DNA of 63,769 nucleotides, counting the filler, from Reclinomonas americana ATCC 50394 (Eukaryota), in NCBI GenBank assembly GCA_048213135.1. It is 4 parts of 2 records of this genome, joined end to end, with 100 filler letters (N's around TTAATTAATTAA, not from the genome) between each part and the next. Parts side by side here need not be neighbours in the genome. Positions count along the whole stretch, not along the records: positions 37,176 to 60,368 come from PS015122.1; 3 more parts are not named here. One strand, written 5' to 3'. The notes beneath the pieces were generated by a model. The model was not told the origin of the DNA and did no database searches. It saw only the letters and a list, made by a program, of their open reading frames with translations. A program made the translations under genes and the position numbers. Position 1 is the stretch's first letter. Each line of letters begins with the position of its first letter. This document shows, in pieces, positions 47,201 through 60,135 of this stretch.

Positions 47201-50200
47201 GCAGGGTGCTTGCCGCTCGCGAGTACGAGATTCGTCGGCTGCAGAGCGACTTGGAGGGCGCACGACAGTTGAGTGGTAACTGGTTGAGGGTGGCACAATA
47301 CCAGATGGGCTAGTGTTCTATTTCACTGTTTTTGCATGCTGTTTCTCTTGCTGCTGAGTGTCGCCATCCTGCCACTGTAGGTCACTGCGGGAGCAAGAGG
47401 CCAGTCGTACAGATGTGGACGAACGACTGGAACGACTGCGCACTGCACTGGAGAACGAGCAGGCATCCAGGCTCGCCGATGCCGAGGATTACGCTGCGCG
47501 GCGTCGGGAACTGGAGGAACGCCTTGCCGCCTTCGAACGGTTGGTTTGCCTCGGATCATCGCACGTTGTTTTAAGTGGCGCTTGCTTCTCATCAATCTTC
47601 GCTGTAGCTCGGGCGATTCCGTGCATGCGGAGGTGGAACGAGTGCGCCGCGAGCTGGATGAGTCGCTGCTGGCCAGGCGGCAGTCCGAGGACGCCTTGCA
47701 TGTGATGCAAGCCGATGTCGAAGTATTGCGGCAGGAGCATCAGCAGTTGACGCTCCGTCACGAGGAGCTGCTCATCACGGTGGAGACGGAGCGTATGCGT
47801 GTGCGAGAACTGGAGGCCGAACGGGACAGCCTGACTGCGGCACTGGAGGCCACACGTGTGGAGAGCAAGCAGGCGTTTGACGCGGTGGCAGCCGCGCATC
47901 GCACGCTCGACACGGTTGGCCCTGACACGATGCACGATGTTCGCCTGGTGATCAACATCATGCTCGGTAACATGGCACTCCTCTTTGACGGTGTGCGCCA
48001 CTCGGTGGCCGATTTTGGTGGAAACAGCTTGCCGGGTGTGCGTGTGTTGGAGCCTCGTTGCGTGGGCGGGAAGGGTGAAGAGGGAAGGGGGATGAGGGAA
48101 GGGTGCAAGGGGGAAGGGTGAGAGGGGGGAGGGTGCAAGGGGGAAGGGTGCAAGGGTGAAGAGGGAAGAGGGAAGAAGGAAGAGGGAAGAGGGAAGGGGA
48201 AGGGGAAGGGGAAGGGGAAGAGGATAGAGGGACGAGGGATGAGGGAAGAGGGAAGGGAAAGGGGAAGGGGAAGGGGAGGGATGCGAAAGAGAAGGGGAGT
48301 GAGAGGAGGGAAAGGAGAGGAGGGAAGGGCAAAGAAGGATGGGCGAAGAGAGAAGAGCGAATAGGGATGAGAGAGAAAGACGATAGACATATAAACTGAG
48401 ACAGAGTGAGTGAGAGAGAAACAGACAGACAAACAGACAGACAGCCAACCAGCCAGCCAGACAGCCATATACAGACATACAGACAGGAGAGAGAGAGAAG
48501 GAGAGGAAGAGGCACACAGACAAACAGACAGACAGAGGCTGTCTGAGACAGATAGACAGACAGTCAGACAGAAGATACAGAGAGACAGTGCGTGGGACAG
48601 CCTGATAGACTGATAGATTGAGAGAGAGAGAGAAACAAGACAGCCAGACGGACAGGTAGACAGCGAGAGAAACGAGGGAGGGCACCTGATGAAGATGGAG
48701 ATAAGCGAAACGATATAACCTGCCCGAATCGAGAGGACATTCAAGATGACTGATTGCACAGGATGCGCAGCAGAATCTCAGGTTGCACATGTAAGAGAGA
48801 GAAGGCAGACGGATAAACAAGAAAGGGAGAAACCGATAAGATTCGCTCTCTGTTTCTCATCGAGTCATGCAGAATTCGTTACCGAGTTGTGCGATGTGCT
48901 GCAAGAGTTTTGCCGCAACATTCTCACGACGTTCTCGGCCGAGGAACCGCCTGGAGGTGAGCAAGTGTGGGGAAAAGGAGAGGGGGAATGCAGGGTGTGG
49001 ATCACTCAGACTTCTGCCCGCACAGGTCCCTACAGCTCGCAGAGTCTCCCTCCGCGACTCTTGTCGCCTGTGCGCCACCGGTCGTACACGGGAGAGCATG
49101 ACGGCGACACGGCACCTTCAAGTTTCGTCCACCGCGCGTGTCTCTCTCCCGCTCTCTCTCTCTCTCTCTCGCTCACACATCTGGCCAGCGTTGCCGCCCA
49201 CGAGTGTCCGCGACTCCTCCGGTCCCGGATCCTTCGACCGGCGTGTGTCCGACTACTCGTACGACAATCAGTGGGACTCGGCGGCGGCCGGAGGCGGCAA
49301 TGGGGTCGACGAGTTTGGCGCTCCACAGCGGCGCATCTCAGTTGGCGGAGACGAGGACGGTCGCGCGCACGAGCCAAGCGTGTTGCATCGACAGGAGGCG
49401 GCGGATCGGCGTCCGGGTGACCGACAGGCGGTGGCGGCGGCGGCGGCAGCTGGCGACCGACGTTCGTCCGCCTTTAGTGTGCAGGGTCCGTCGCCCGCCG
49501 CAGCACGGCCACCGCAAGCGCCGTCGTCACCTCCGCAGCAGCAGCAGCCGCAACAGCGCCACGCCGGTGCGCCGGAGGTGGAGTCTTTCCGACACTATCG
49601 ACGCGGCGAGTCGCCGACGCAGGAGCGCGACACGTACCGCATCGACGGGCAGGATGACTCGCGCTACGATTTCTCGTCGCTGCGGCGCGAGGCGCACATT
49701 GAAGATGTGCTGGCGGCGGGTGGCGCCGATGAGTTTGGTGAGGGCACGGTGGTGGCGCAAGAGGGTGGGGATGTGGTGCCGGCGCCGGTGAGTGGAAAGG
49801 GGCGGAAGGGGGCAAAGGAAAAGGGGGAAAAGGGGAAGGGAAGCGAGGGGGAGGGGAAAAAGGGGTGAAGGGGGAGGAGAAGACCTGGGAAGCGTGGGGA
49901 AGGTTGTGAAGGAGAAGGGCGGGAAGTGTATTTGAGAGAACAAGGATGGAGGTGAAGGATGGAGAGCCGCGGAGGAAGGAAAAGTGGGAGGGGAAGAGAG
50001 GAGATGGAGGCAGAGGAGACTTGAGGAATGGATGGGAAGGAAAGCTGGAGGGAAGCGAGAGCGAGATAGAAGTGGGAGAGGAGAGAGAGAGGACAGGAGG
50101 TTTGCAAGTGTTAAGCTGGCGAGGATCGGAAGAAAGATGTGCGCAGCAGTCCGTGTTACGGAAAGCGTGGAAATCGTGCAAGTGCGAGAGTTGCCCCGAA

Positions 50201-52011
50201 TTACGAAAGAGAGAGAGAGAGAGAGAGAGATGTAGAAGGCTACGAATGAAGAAGGTGCACTGCAGTGAGTAACAGAGGAAAGAGTGAGAGTTGTGCAAGA
50301 GATGTGCAGTTCTATGCGAGTGGCGATCATGCTTCGACGCCCATGTCTGTTGTATGTAGGACGGGCAAGGGAGTTTGAGTTTGCATGAGTTGTCAATGAT
50401 GTGTAATTGCCTCTGCTTGCTCACTGATACATCGCCCATTGTTGACAGCTGCGGTCACCGTCACCCAACAGGCCACCTCGTGCTGCAGGTCCTGCGTCTG
50501 CTCACTCACTCTTTCACGCGCGTCCCTCTCACTCCCTCTTCATCATCTTGGTTCTGTGCAGGTGCGGAGGCCGGCAGTCAGGCACGAGTGTCGGTGGCCT
50601 CTCGGTCGTCACGCTCCACCGGCAACGCTTCGTGGCGGCGCTCGCTGAACCCGGCCTTGCGCACATCGTTCGAAGAGGCTGGCGCGACACAAAACACCTC
50701 GTCGTCCTCCTCGTCGTCTGGCCCGCAAGGGGGCACGCCGGGCAGCGACCCGCGTGGTGAGCTTGCTGCACTTGTCGCGTCGACTGTGACTTGGTGCCAT
50801 CTGATTGAGTTTTATTCCCCAATAGCTCGGCGACGAACGCCCGCTGTGGTGCACGACCCGCGACTGACAGATGTGGAGGACAACTTTTCTGGTGGTGCCG
50901 GACAGCTACTTCGTCGCCTGCAGCTGTTGCGTTGAGCACACAAGTGCTGTTGCATGTGGGATGCATATGTGCCTGACATCCGTGGCGTCTGTGTGTAGGA
51001 CGGTCGAGGAAGCGCGGGGACTCGAGGCACAAGATGTTGAGTGTGTGTTGCTCTGTGGCTCCTGCCTTTCGCTACGCCTCACTCTTGTCGCATGCGCACG
51101 TAGGAAATGCTGCAATTGTTGAACGACTTGGAGGCAGAGTATTCGCAGGCCGTTGAGACACTTCGCGCGCACCCGGTGCCTGGTGCGTCGCGGCATGGAT
51201 CTGTGAGTGGCCACCTCTTGTTCTGTGACGTGCTGACCAGTGTGTCGATTGTGGCAGATGCGAGCGTGCAAAAGCTGGCCACCGACGTGTGCCGTACTGC
51301 GTACGTGCGGACGATGCAGGAGGTGGTGAGCTTTGTGGACGAGCGACTCGACGAGCCGCCTGGTGCCGGAAGTTGCGGTGTTGGATTACGAAATTTGTGT
51401 GAAAAAGAGATTGTGCGCTGACTTGCTCTTTGGCTCCTCTGCAGCGGGTGCTCGTGAGGATGACATGCGCATGGCGGTGGAGCATGTCAAGCTGTACCAG
51501 AAGCGACTGGAGGTCGTGTGGAACTATGCAAAGCGGGTGAGTTATGAGGCAGCGTCTGTTCGCACGCAGCAATCTGAGCGTTTTGTCGTGTGCAGCGCAT
51601 GGCAGCTGTGCTGCACCTGTCACAGCCGGCTCTGCAGCAGACGGTGCTTGTCACCTCCGAGACTGCCGATGTGGAACGCATGGTGCAGCACTTGTTGCAT
51701 TCGACGGCGTCGGACTTGTACTCGCTGAGGAGTTATGCGGAATATCACCCTGTAGTATCACGTCGCATTTGCTGACTTGAACTGGCCTAACAGGTTCGGA
51801 GCGCGGCGGCTCGTCGGGCGACGAAGGCGTAGACAAGGGCGTAAGCGCGGAGGGCGCTGCTGCTGCAGCGTCAAGTGCAGCGGCGACTGTTGCTGTGCCA
51901 GTGTCGTCGCCGCTGGAGGCCGCATTGCGCAGTCAGTTGGATAGATTAAGTCAGACGTCGGATTCCGACCGGCTGAGATACAAGAAGGTAATTGGGAGGA
52001 GAGAAAGAGGA

Positions 52012-52053
<42 letters not shown>

Positions 52054-52139
52054 GAGAGAGGAGGAGAGAGAGGAGAGAGGAGGAGGAGGAGAGAACGAGA
52101 GAAGTAGTAGAGTAGAGAGAGAGAGAGAGAGACGACGAG

Positions 52140-52180
<41 letters not shown>

Positions 52181-52694
52181 NNNNNNNNNNNNNNNNNNNN
52201 NNNNNNNNNNNNNNNNNNNNNNNNNNNNNNNNNNNNNNNNNNNNNNNNNNNNNNNNNNNNNNNNNNNNNNNNNNNNNNNNNNNNNNNNNNNNNNNNNNNN
52301 NNNNNNNNNNNNNNNNNNNNNNNNNNNNNNNNNNNNNNNNNNNNNNNNNNNNNNNNNNNNNNNNNNNNNNNNNNNNNNNNNNNNNNNNNNNNNNNNNNNN
52401 NNNNNNNNNNNNNNNNNNNNNNNNNNNNNNNNNNNNNNNNNNNNNNNNNNNNNNNNNNNNNNNNNNNNNNNNNNNNNNNNNNNNNNNNNNNNNNNNNNNN
52501 NNNNNNNNNNNNNNNNNNNNNNNNNNNNNNNNNNNNNNNNNNNNNNNNNNNNNNNNNNNNNNNNNNNNNNNNNNNNNNNNNNNNNNNNNNNNNNNNNNNN
52601 NNNNNNNNNNAGAGAGAGGGAGAGAACAGGGCTGAGTGAGGAGGAGCGGAGACAAACGGTGACAAGTTACAGTGAATGAGAGAGCGAGAGAGCC

Positions 52695-52734
<40 letters not shown>

Positions 52735-55700
52735 CAGAGTGTGTCAGGGGGAAAAGGTCACAAGCAAAGAAGATGTATGAATGCAGGAGTGGAAACGGAG
52801 AATAAGCAAGCAGCGATTGGCAAGAGATAGAAGAGAGAGAGAGAAGAGAAGAGAGAGAGAAAAGCAGCGTGCGAGAAGTGCATGACACGGACAAGAGGTC
52901 ACTGTACGAAATCAGGAGAGAGATTGTGGTTGGAGGGGGACAGACAGGGAGGAGGCACGCGGCGACAAGCGAAGGAGAGGAGAGACAGAATGTGATAGAG
53001 GGCGAGACGACCGCACACAAGTCTGAAAATCTCATCATGCAACTGCCGTCTCCTCCGCAGATTCTGGATGAGTTGAAGCCAGGTGCTACTGGCGAGGACG
53101 CTGCGCGGGAGTGGATGGCGCAGAAGGAGGCTGAGACCAAGGTCAGTTGTTTTTGGGGCATACGCGAGAGTAGCCTTCACGACAAGAAGCTGATAAGTGC
53201 TCCACATGCAGGCTATCAGCAGTCTGTTGGAGTTGCACCGCCAACAGGTGGAGGATTTGGAGCGGTTGAAGGTTTGCGCAGGCTTGCATGCGTTGCCGTC
53301 TGGTGGCGGACCATCGCTCACCGATCCTTCCCTTGTCAGACGCAGGAGGCTGTCCTTCGTCAGCAGCAAGTGGAGCGCGCCGCGGCAGTGCAGCAAGAAA
53401 GTGACGACAAGGTGAGTGGGAGGTTGTGCGTGCACTGTAACGTGCCGCGCGCTGACTGCAACCTTTGCTACGCAGCTGCTGCGCCGGCAACAGAAGCGTG
53501 ACGTTTTCGACGACCGGCTGGCGCTCAAGCTGCGTAAGCGCGCACATCAGTTGCGCGATGCGCTGCGGGTGGCCTCGTCGGTGGATGCCGATGTCAAGCC
53601 GCTATTGGACCGCACTGCGGTATGTTGGGGGGGAAGAAGGGAGAGGACAGGAAATGGGAGAGAAAGGGAGAGAGGGCGACAGGAGTGGTTGAGATTCTGA
53701 GTGAGCAGCTGGGGTACTTGGAGTGGAGAGCTCAATTGCTTCTTGCGCAGGCGACAATCGCCAGCGGATTGGCACCGGAAGCACCGCTCAGCCAGCAGAT
53801 TCGTACGTCGGCCAGGGAGCTCAAGTCGTTGTTGACGGTGCGTGCGTGGGAAAGGAGAGGGGGAGGAAAGAGAAAGGAATAAGGCAGGGAGGTGCGAAGT
53901 GAGGGGCAGAGAAGGGAAGGATGCCTGCAGGAGGCCGAGCGGGTAGACAGGAAAGAGAAAAGAGAAAATGAGGTGGGAACAGCGGGAAGAGTGAGGGAGA
54001 GAAGAAGAGAATAGGCACATGTGAAGGAGGTGCGAGGTGAAAGAGAGAGAAGGAGGAGGTGCGAAGCGAAGAACAGAAAAGGGAAGGATACCCAGAGGAG
54101 GCCGAAAGAGAGGGTCGACAGGAAAGAGAAAGGGAAAATGTGGTGCGAAGTGAAGGGCGTAGAAGGGAAAGGCGTGTACTTGCTGTCAAGAGGAAGCAAA
54201 TCGATAGGAAGGAGGAGCCGATAAGGATGTGAAAATAAAGAAAGTGAGGGGAAGGAGGAACAGAGAAGAGAATAGGAACAAGCGAAGGATGTGCGAAGTG
54301 AAAGACAGAGAACGGAAGGGCGAGTCCTTGCTGTCAAGAGGAAGTAAATCGATAGGAAAGAGGAGACGAGAAACGAGGTGAGAACAGAATGAAAGAGAGG
54401 GGAAAGGAGAGGAAGAAAGAAGAGGGAACAAAGTGATATGAAGGAGAGAGAAGGGAAGGGCGAGTCCTTGCTGTCAAGAGGAGGCAGAAGGACAGGATCG
54501 GCAAGAAGTGGGGACGAGAAACGAGGTGAGAATAGAATGAAAGAGAGGGGAAAGGAGAGGAAGAGAGAAGAGAATAGGAACAAAGTGATATGAAGGAGAG
54601 AGAAGGGAAGGGCGAGTCCTTGCTGTCAAGAGGAGGCAGAAGGATATGATCGATGGGAAAGAGGAGACAAGAAAGGGGTTGAGAATAAAAGGGAAAAGTG
54701 AGGGGAAAGGAGGGATGAGGGAACAGAACACATGAGGAAAGAAGAGAGCAGCAATGCAGAAGTGAGCANNNNNNNNNNNNNNNNNNNNCAGGAGCGTCTC
54801 GCTGATTCCGAGGCGCGGGTGCACTCGTTGCGTGAGCGCATTGTGCAAATTGAGCAGGAAAAAGCGCTGGCGGCGTCGATTGCGCCCGACAGTATGAAGG
54901 GAAGGTGCGGGTCGATGTTGTGCACGTCCGTCGATTGACTGTGGGTACTCATTGCGCCACATCACGCCAGCTTCCTGCGTGGCCTCGACTCATTCTCCAA
55001 GTTTGTCAACGATCGTGACACGGTGGCAGGATCCATCGACGAGGCTCTGCGACAGGCCGACGCACACACCATTCTCATGGACGTGTGCCATTTGTGTGAC
55101 GTGGACTCGCCGAGTCAAACTGTCGGAGTCCTGCGGCACATGCGGCGAGTGATTGAGCGCTCGCTCATGTTGCAAAAGGTGCGTGGGCACACACGCGAGT
55201 GGAACGAAACCGTCGTCCTGCATCTCACTGGCGTTTATCAGGAACTGCTGGCGTTGGGTGCACTGCTGCGGTTGCCGACTGACTGCTCACTGTACGAGGT
55301 GCTGGATCGCATGCGCGAGGTCATTACGGAATCGGAACTCATGAAACGGCGCAAGGTGCGGAGCTCCTCTCGTGTTGCGCCGTGGTTGACATGCACCAAC
55401 ACAACTTTGTTTTTCTCTGTCAGGAATTCCACGACAATTATGGCGCGGAGGCTCCCACGGGTGTGACGGAAGCGTGGCGGAAGCGCCGCATGTTTGTGCC
55501 GGCGAGGCTAGTGAGACCATTCCGCGAAGTTGAGCGACTGACGACTTTTTTCTCGTGTGTTTGTGTGGGGTGGGTCACTAAATTTGTGCGCCCGCCAGTT
55601 CGCTACTGCAGGCAGCACGGAGAGCCTGGGTGCGGATATGTTGCACTTTGCGCACGAGTTTTTGCGAGATTTTTGCTTGGTGGCGCGGCTGGCAGACCCC

Positions 55701-56265
55701 GTGCGGGCGGCGAGTGGCAGTTGAGTGGCTGGAAAAGGGGGAGGGGGTGGGGGAGGAAGAGAGGGAAAGAGAGAGAGAGGGAGGAAGAGGGAAAGGGAGA
55801 GGAAGAGAAAGAGAGAGAGAGAAAGAGGATGGGAAAAGATAGAACGTCAGCTCCAGAAGAGACAGAACCAAGCATGGCCACAAGTTGTTGCCAGAGTGTG
55901 AGGCAAGCAGCGTTCTTGATCTGAGTGGCGAGATGACGAGGGGAGACAGATTGGCCACATTGGTAACTGAGCAGACAAGAGGAAAAGAGAGAATGGTAAC
56001 GACGCCGATGTACGACCAAGCGAGAGGAGAGCCATTGGTCTCTGAGACGACCAAAGGCAAAACAGGCGTAAGAGGAATAGAGAGAGAGAGAGAGAGCGAG
56101 AGTGAGAGAGCGGACGTCAATGTCAGGCCACGCACAGCTGCCGAAGAGTGAGGAAAGACGATATTCTTGATATGAAGAGGTAGGCGCCATGTGCTGATAT
56201 CTGGGCACATTGGTACCTATGAAGACCAGGGTGCTGAAACAGACGAAAGAGGAAGAGACAGACAT

Positions 56266-56304
<39 letters not shown>

Positions 56305-57822
56305 GGTAGACANNNNNNNNNNNNNNNNNNNNNNNNNNNNNNNNNNNNNNNNNNNNNNNNNNNNNNNNNNNNNNNNNNNNNNNNNNNNNNNNNNNNNNNN
56401 NNNNNNNNNNNNNNNNNNNNNNNNNNNNNNNNNNNNNNNNNNNNNNNNNNNNNNNNNNNNNNNNNNNNNNNNNNNNNNNNNNNNNNNNNNNNNNNNNNNN
56501 NNNNNNNNNNNNNNNNNNNNNNNNNNNNNNNNNNNNNNNNNNNNNNNNNNNNNNNNNNNNNNNNNNNNNNNNNNNNNNNNNNNNNNNNNNNNNNNNNNNN
56601 NNNNNNNNNNNNNNNNNNNNNNNNNNNNNNNNNNNNNNNNNNNNNNNNNNNNNNNNNNNNNNNNNNNNNNNNNNNNNNNNNNNNNNNNNNNNNNNNNNNN
56701 NNNNNNNNNNNNNNNNNNNNNNNNNNNNNNNNNNNNNNNNNNNNNNNNNNNNNNNNNNNNNNNNNNNNNNNNNNNNNNNNNNNNNNNNNNNNNNNNNNNN
56801 NNNNNNNNNNNNNNNNNNNNNNNNNNNNNNNNNNNNNNNNNNNNNNNNNNNNNNNNNNNNNNNNNNNNNNNNNNNNNNNNNNNNNNNNNNNNNNNNNNNN
56901 NNNNNNNNNNNNNNNNNNNNNNNNNNNNNNNNNNNNNNNNNNNNNNNNNNNNNNNNNNNNNNNNNNNNNNNNNNNNNNNNNNNNNNNNNNNNNNNNNNNN
57001 NNNNNNNNNNNNNNNNNNNNNNNNNNNNNNNNNNNNNNNNNNNNNNNNNNNNNNNNNNNNNNNNNNGAGAGAGAGAGACAGAGAGAGACAGAGAGAGACA
57101 GAGTGAGGCGAGAAGAGAGTATTCTTGACTAAACGGTGGGACGACGAGGGGAGTTTGATCTGCCACCAGCCTTGTTGGAGATAGAGAGAGCGACCTTTCA
57201 CGGACTGACGCATTGTGTTCTTCGTCTGGTCTCCCAGCGTCCGCCTCACTCAAATCCTGGCAAGCGGACGTGCACCGCGAGCTGCGCTCTCTTGGCAAGA
57301 TGGTGGATCGCGATGCGGATTTGAAACGCCGTCTCGCTACGGCACTGGCTTTTGGATTCGCCGATCACATGTCGCTTGCCGAAGTGGTGGACCGAGCGGT
57401 GATCTTTATCAACAGCCGCAACGATGCGCACGCTCTGTTGGACCGTTACTCTCGCGAAATCACAGATGGTGTGGCGTTGTGTTGTGCACTCTGTGCGTGG
57501 CGCATTCATGTCTCACACCGTGGTGCAGATACGTCGGAGGTGGTGAATCGGTACAAGGCCGTACTGGAGGCCTTGTGTGACGAACTGCAAGTGGATCGGT
57601 ACAGCGAAATCTTGGCGGCCGTGTGCGAGTTGCGGTGGCTGAGGCGTGGCGATGCATAGGATGACTTCATGACTCATGTGAGTGATTTGGTGCAGGTTGA
57701 CCACGGGCACTCGGTACGAGCTGGCGTGGATGCAAAAGGTGCTGGGACGGGTCGCAGAATTGCTGGCTGTTGACTCGGTGGAGCAGATTGTGCCGGCGTT
57801 GGTGAGGTTGCAGAGGGCCTGA
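38293..57822 (+). CDS. Very large coiled-coil protein with Ser/Pro-rich linkers and CEP70-like C-terminal repeats; spans several gaps and may be more than one gene
   Basis: Many GT-AG-bounded heptad exons from MSFFSTH (38293). C-terminal repeats ILMDVCHLCDVDSPSQTVGVL, VLEALCDELQVDRYSEILAAV and VLGRVAELLAVDSVEQIVPALVRL* resemble my recollection of the CEP70 C-terminus. Confidence 0.55.
44677..44910. repeat. Intronic minisatellite, 3 copies of ~80-88 bp
   Basis: CAGGTGTACAGCCC...GGAGAGTC..ACACACAAGTT units starting at 44677, 44757 and 44845. Confidence 0.9.
53880..54740. repeat. Intronic purine-rich degenerate tandem repeat, ~140-150 bp period
   Basis: Core GGGCGAGTCCTTGCTGTCAAGAGGA near 54318, 54458 and 54610, with a variant near 54170. 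Confidence 0.8.
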
Positions 57823-57944
57823 TAGGAGGAGGAGGGCAAGGGAGAACGAAGGAGGAGGAGGGAGGGAGGGGGAGTGTATAGAATTGCGGTGTGGTTGGCG
57901 ATCGGTGGCATGCTTGAGCCTGGTATCATGCAAAAAGGAGAAGA

Positions 57945-58421
57945 AAGGAGCAGGAGGGGGAGTGTGTTGAACTGCAAATGAGGCAGAGTGGTGGTGTGTG
58001 TTGCTGCATCTGTGGTTGGCAAACCTCGATCTCCAAGCGCAGGAGGGGGAGTGTGTAGAACTGCGGAAGAAGCAGTGTGGTGTGTGTTGTTGCGTCAGTG
58101 TTTGGCAAACGTTGCTCTCCAAGCGACCGTTTCGCCATGGAAGAAAGAGGGGAGTGCGTGGAACTGCGGAAGAAGCAGTGTGGTGGTGTGCGTTGTTGCG
58201 TCAGTGTTTGGCAATCCGTGATCTCCCAGCGTCCATTTCGCCATGGGAGCAGGAGGGGGAGTGCATAGAACGACGGAGGAAGAAGTGTTGTGTGATGTGC
58301 GCTGTTGCATCGATGGTTGGCAAACGTTGCTCTCCAAGCGACCGTATCGCCATGGGAGCAGGAGGGGAGCGCATAGAACGACGGAGGAAGAAGTGTTGTG
58401 TGTTGTTGCATCGATGGTTGG
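57945..58421. repeat. Intergenic minisatellite, ~5 degenerate copies of ~95-110 bp
   Basis: Recurrent GCAGGAGGGGGAGTG..GAAC..GGAAGAAG..GTGTG..GTTGC..TTGGCAAAC..CTCCAAGCG..CGCCATGG. Confidence 0.85.
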
Positions 58422-58917
58422 CGTCCTCTTCGTCCCTTACTATACACCCGAGTCAACTCTGCGGGCTCCGTGCTCTCCACCTTTTCGTCGACCCTTGGCG
58501 GGAAGGAGATGCAAGCATGTATTCTGGCGTGGCAGAAGCAGGCAGCGTGACTGCACTTCCCAGCATAGTCCCAGTGCTAAAAGTCGATAGCTAGATGACA
58601 CACAATGGTCCCTGTAGTGCAGAGTTGCACGGAAAAGGATGAGTGGAAGAGTGAGTCGGACTGTTTTTGTGTGAGAGCTCGGACAGGCGGCGCCGCGATT
58701 CTGGAACATCTCGAGTTCTTTTGCAAACCGTCGTGCTGCAATCGGAAAAATGCATCAAGGAAGCGGTTAGACGTGCCTAACTGACTTGATCCTTGGCTTT
58801 CATCTTGCAGCTGTGTGTAGGTTAAGTCCCTTTTTCTCGTCGGGACAGAAGAGAAACATCCACTCGCGCTCGGAACTGTCCTCACAACAAGTAACACACT
58901 TCGTTCGCGCTTTTACA

Positions 58918-59913
58918 ATGTCTGACCCCGAGGCTGGTTCGTGTCGCGTGTGTTCCCTTGCCCACGTTCATGTCCTCTCTCCCTTCGTCCCGCTTCTCGT
59001 GTCGCTGTGTGTGTGTGTGTGTGTTCCGTGTGCGAAATGTCGGGTGGTGTATTCACCCGCTTTTTTTCTCCGGCCCTTGTTTTTGCCCCCACACAGCTGC
59101 GGTGATTCGTGCGTTCCTGGCTGGACCTGAGTTGCGTTCCTGTCTCGAGCGATTTGCACTGCTGCTTGCTCTTGCTCACATTCGACTGGTGCAGGTTCGA
59201 GGCGGTGCGTTGTCAGAGGGCGTGAACATTTTCTTCTTCTCCTGCTTGCTGTGTGTGTGCGTCCGTCCGTCTGTCTGTCTGTCTGTCGTGTGCATTTCTC
59301 CGCGCCCAGCCGCTGTCGTGTGGTCATGGGTGTGTGTCTGTTTTGTAAAGTGTGTGCACATTTCCACACACCTCGCTCTCTCGCTCTCCTTTCGCCCTCC
59401 CCCGCGGCTCCTCATCCTTCTTCTTCTTCGTTCTTCTCCGTTAGTCCGCCGTGGAGGCTTTCAAGGAGGCCGACGTTGCGTGGTTGCTCGTTGTCTGTTT
59501 TTTGCACTCTGCACTCATTCGCCCTCAACGCTTTTTGCCTGTTGCACACACAGACTGACCACTCTGGCTTCCTCGACAAGGCCGAGACACGCCAGGTTGT
59601 CGACGCGCTGATTGTCGGTACGCGCGTGCATCAAGTGTCATCTTGTTTCCCCCCCTCCCTCATCCTCGCTGGCAGAGCTCGGCGGTGGCAAGCTGATGGA
59701 CTCCGAGTTCGAGCAGGCGTTTGCGGACATTGACACTGACGGCTCGGGCAAGATCGAGCAGAGCGAGGTGAGTGAGAGGAGTGCGCGAGTCGCGCGCGTG
59801 GTCCGCGCTGGTGCACTAAAAATGTGCGTGTGTGTGTTTTTGCTTGGCAGTTTGCTGCGTTCACCCGTGCCGTGTTCGAGGCGATCGCCGACGCTCTGGA
59901 GGGCTCGGCTTAA
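58918..59913 (+). CDS. Small two-EF-hand calcium-binding protein (~100 aa, 7 exons)
   Basis: Spliced sequence MSDPEAAAVIRAFLAGPEFEASAVEAFKEADTDHSGFLDKAETRQVVDALIVELGGGKLMDSEFEQAFADIDTDGSGKIEQSEFAAFTRAVFEAIADALEGSA* has two canonical DxDxSGx[LI]xxxE loops. Confidence 0.85.
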
Positions 59914-60135
59914 AGCTCCCCTCCTTCCTGACGGAGGGAAGGAACTTGCATTGCCGGTTTCGCCTCTCTCTGGGGTGTGTGTTGGTGCCGATTGCTCTCT
60001 TAACCTTCGTCTCGCCGGCGTCGGTTGTACAATGAAAGAGTGATTGGCATGCCTGTGAATGTGCGGTGGCGTGGGGGATGCCTGATGTTTGCCAAGGGCA
60101 GTGCTTTCCCCAAACGAATGAGAGTTTACATTGGG

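Noticed and set aside
58430-58900. Possible structured ncRNA or tRNA in the intergenic region
   Set aside because: No cloverleaf, A/B boxes or recognisable snRNA motifs found by eye.
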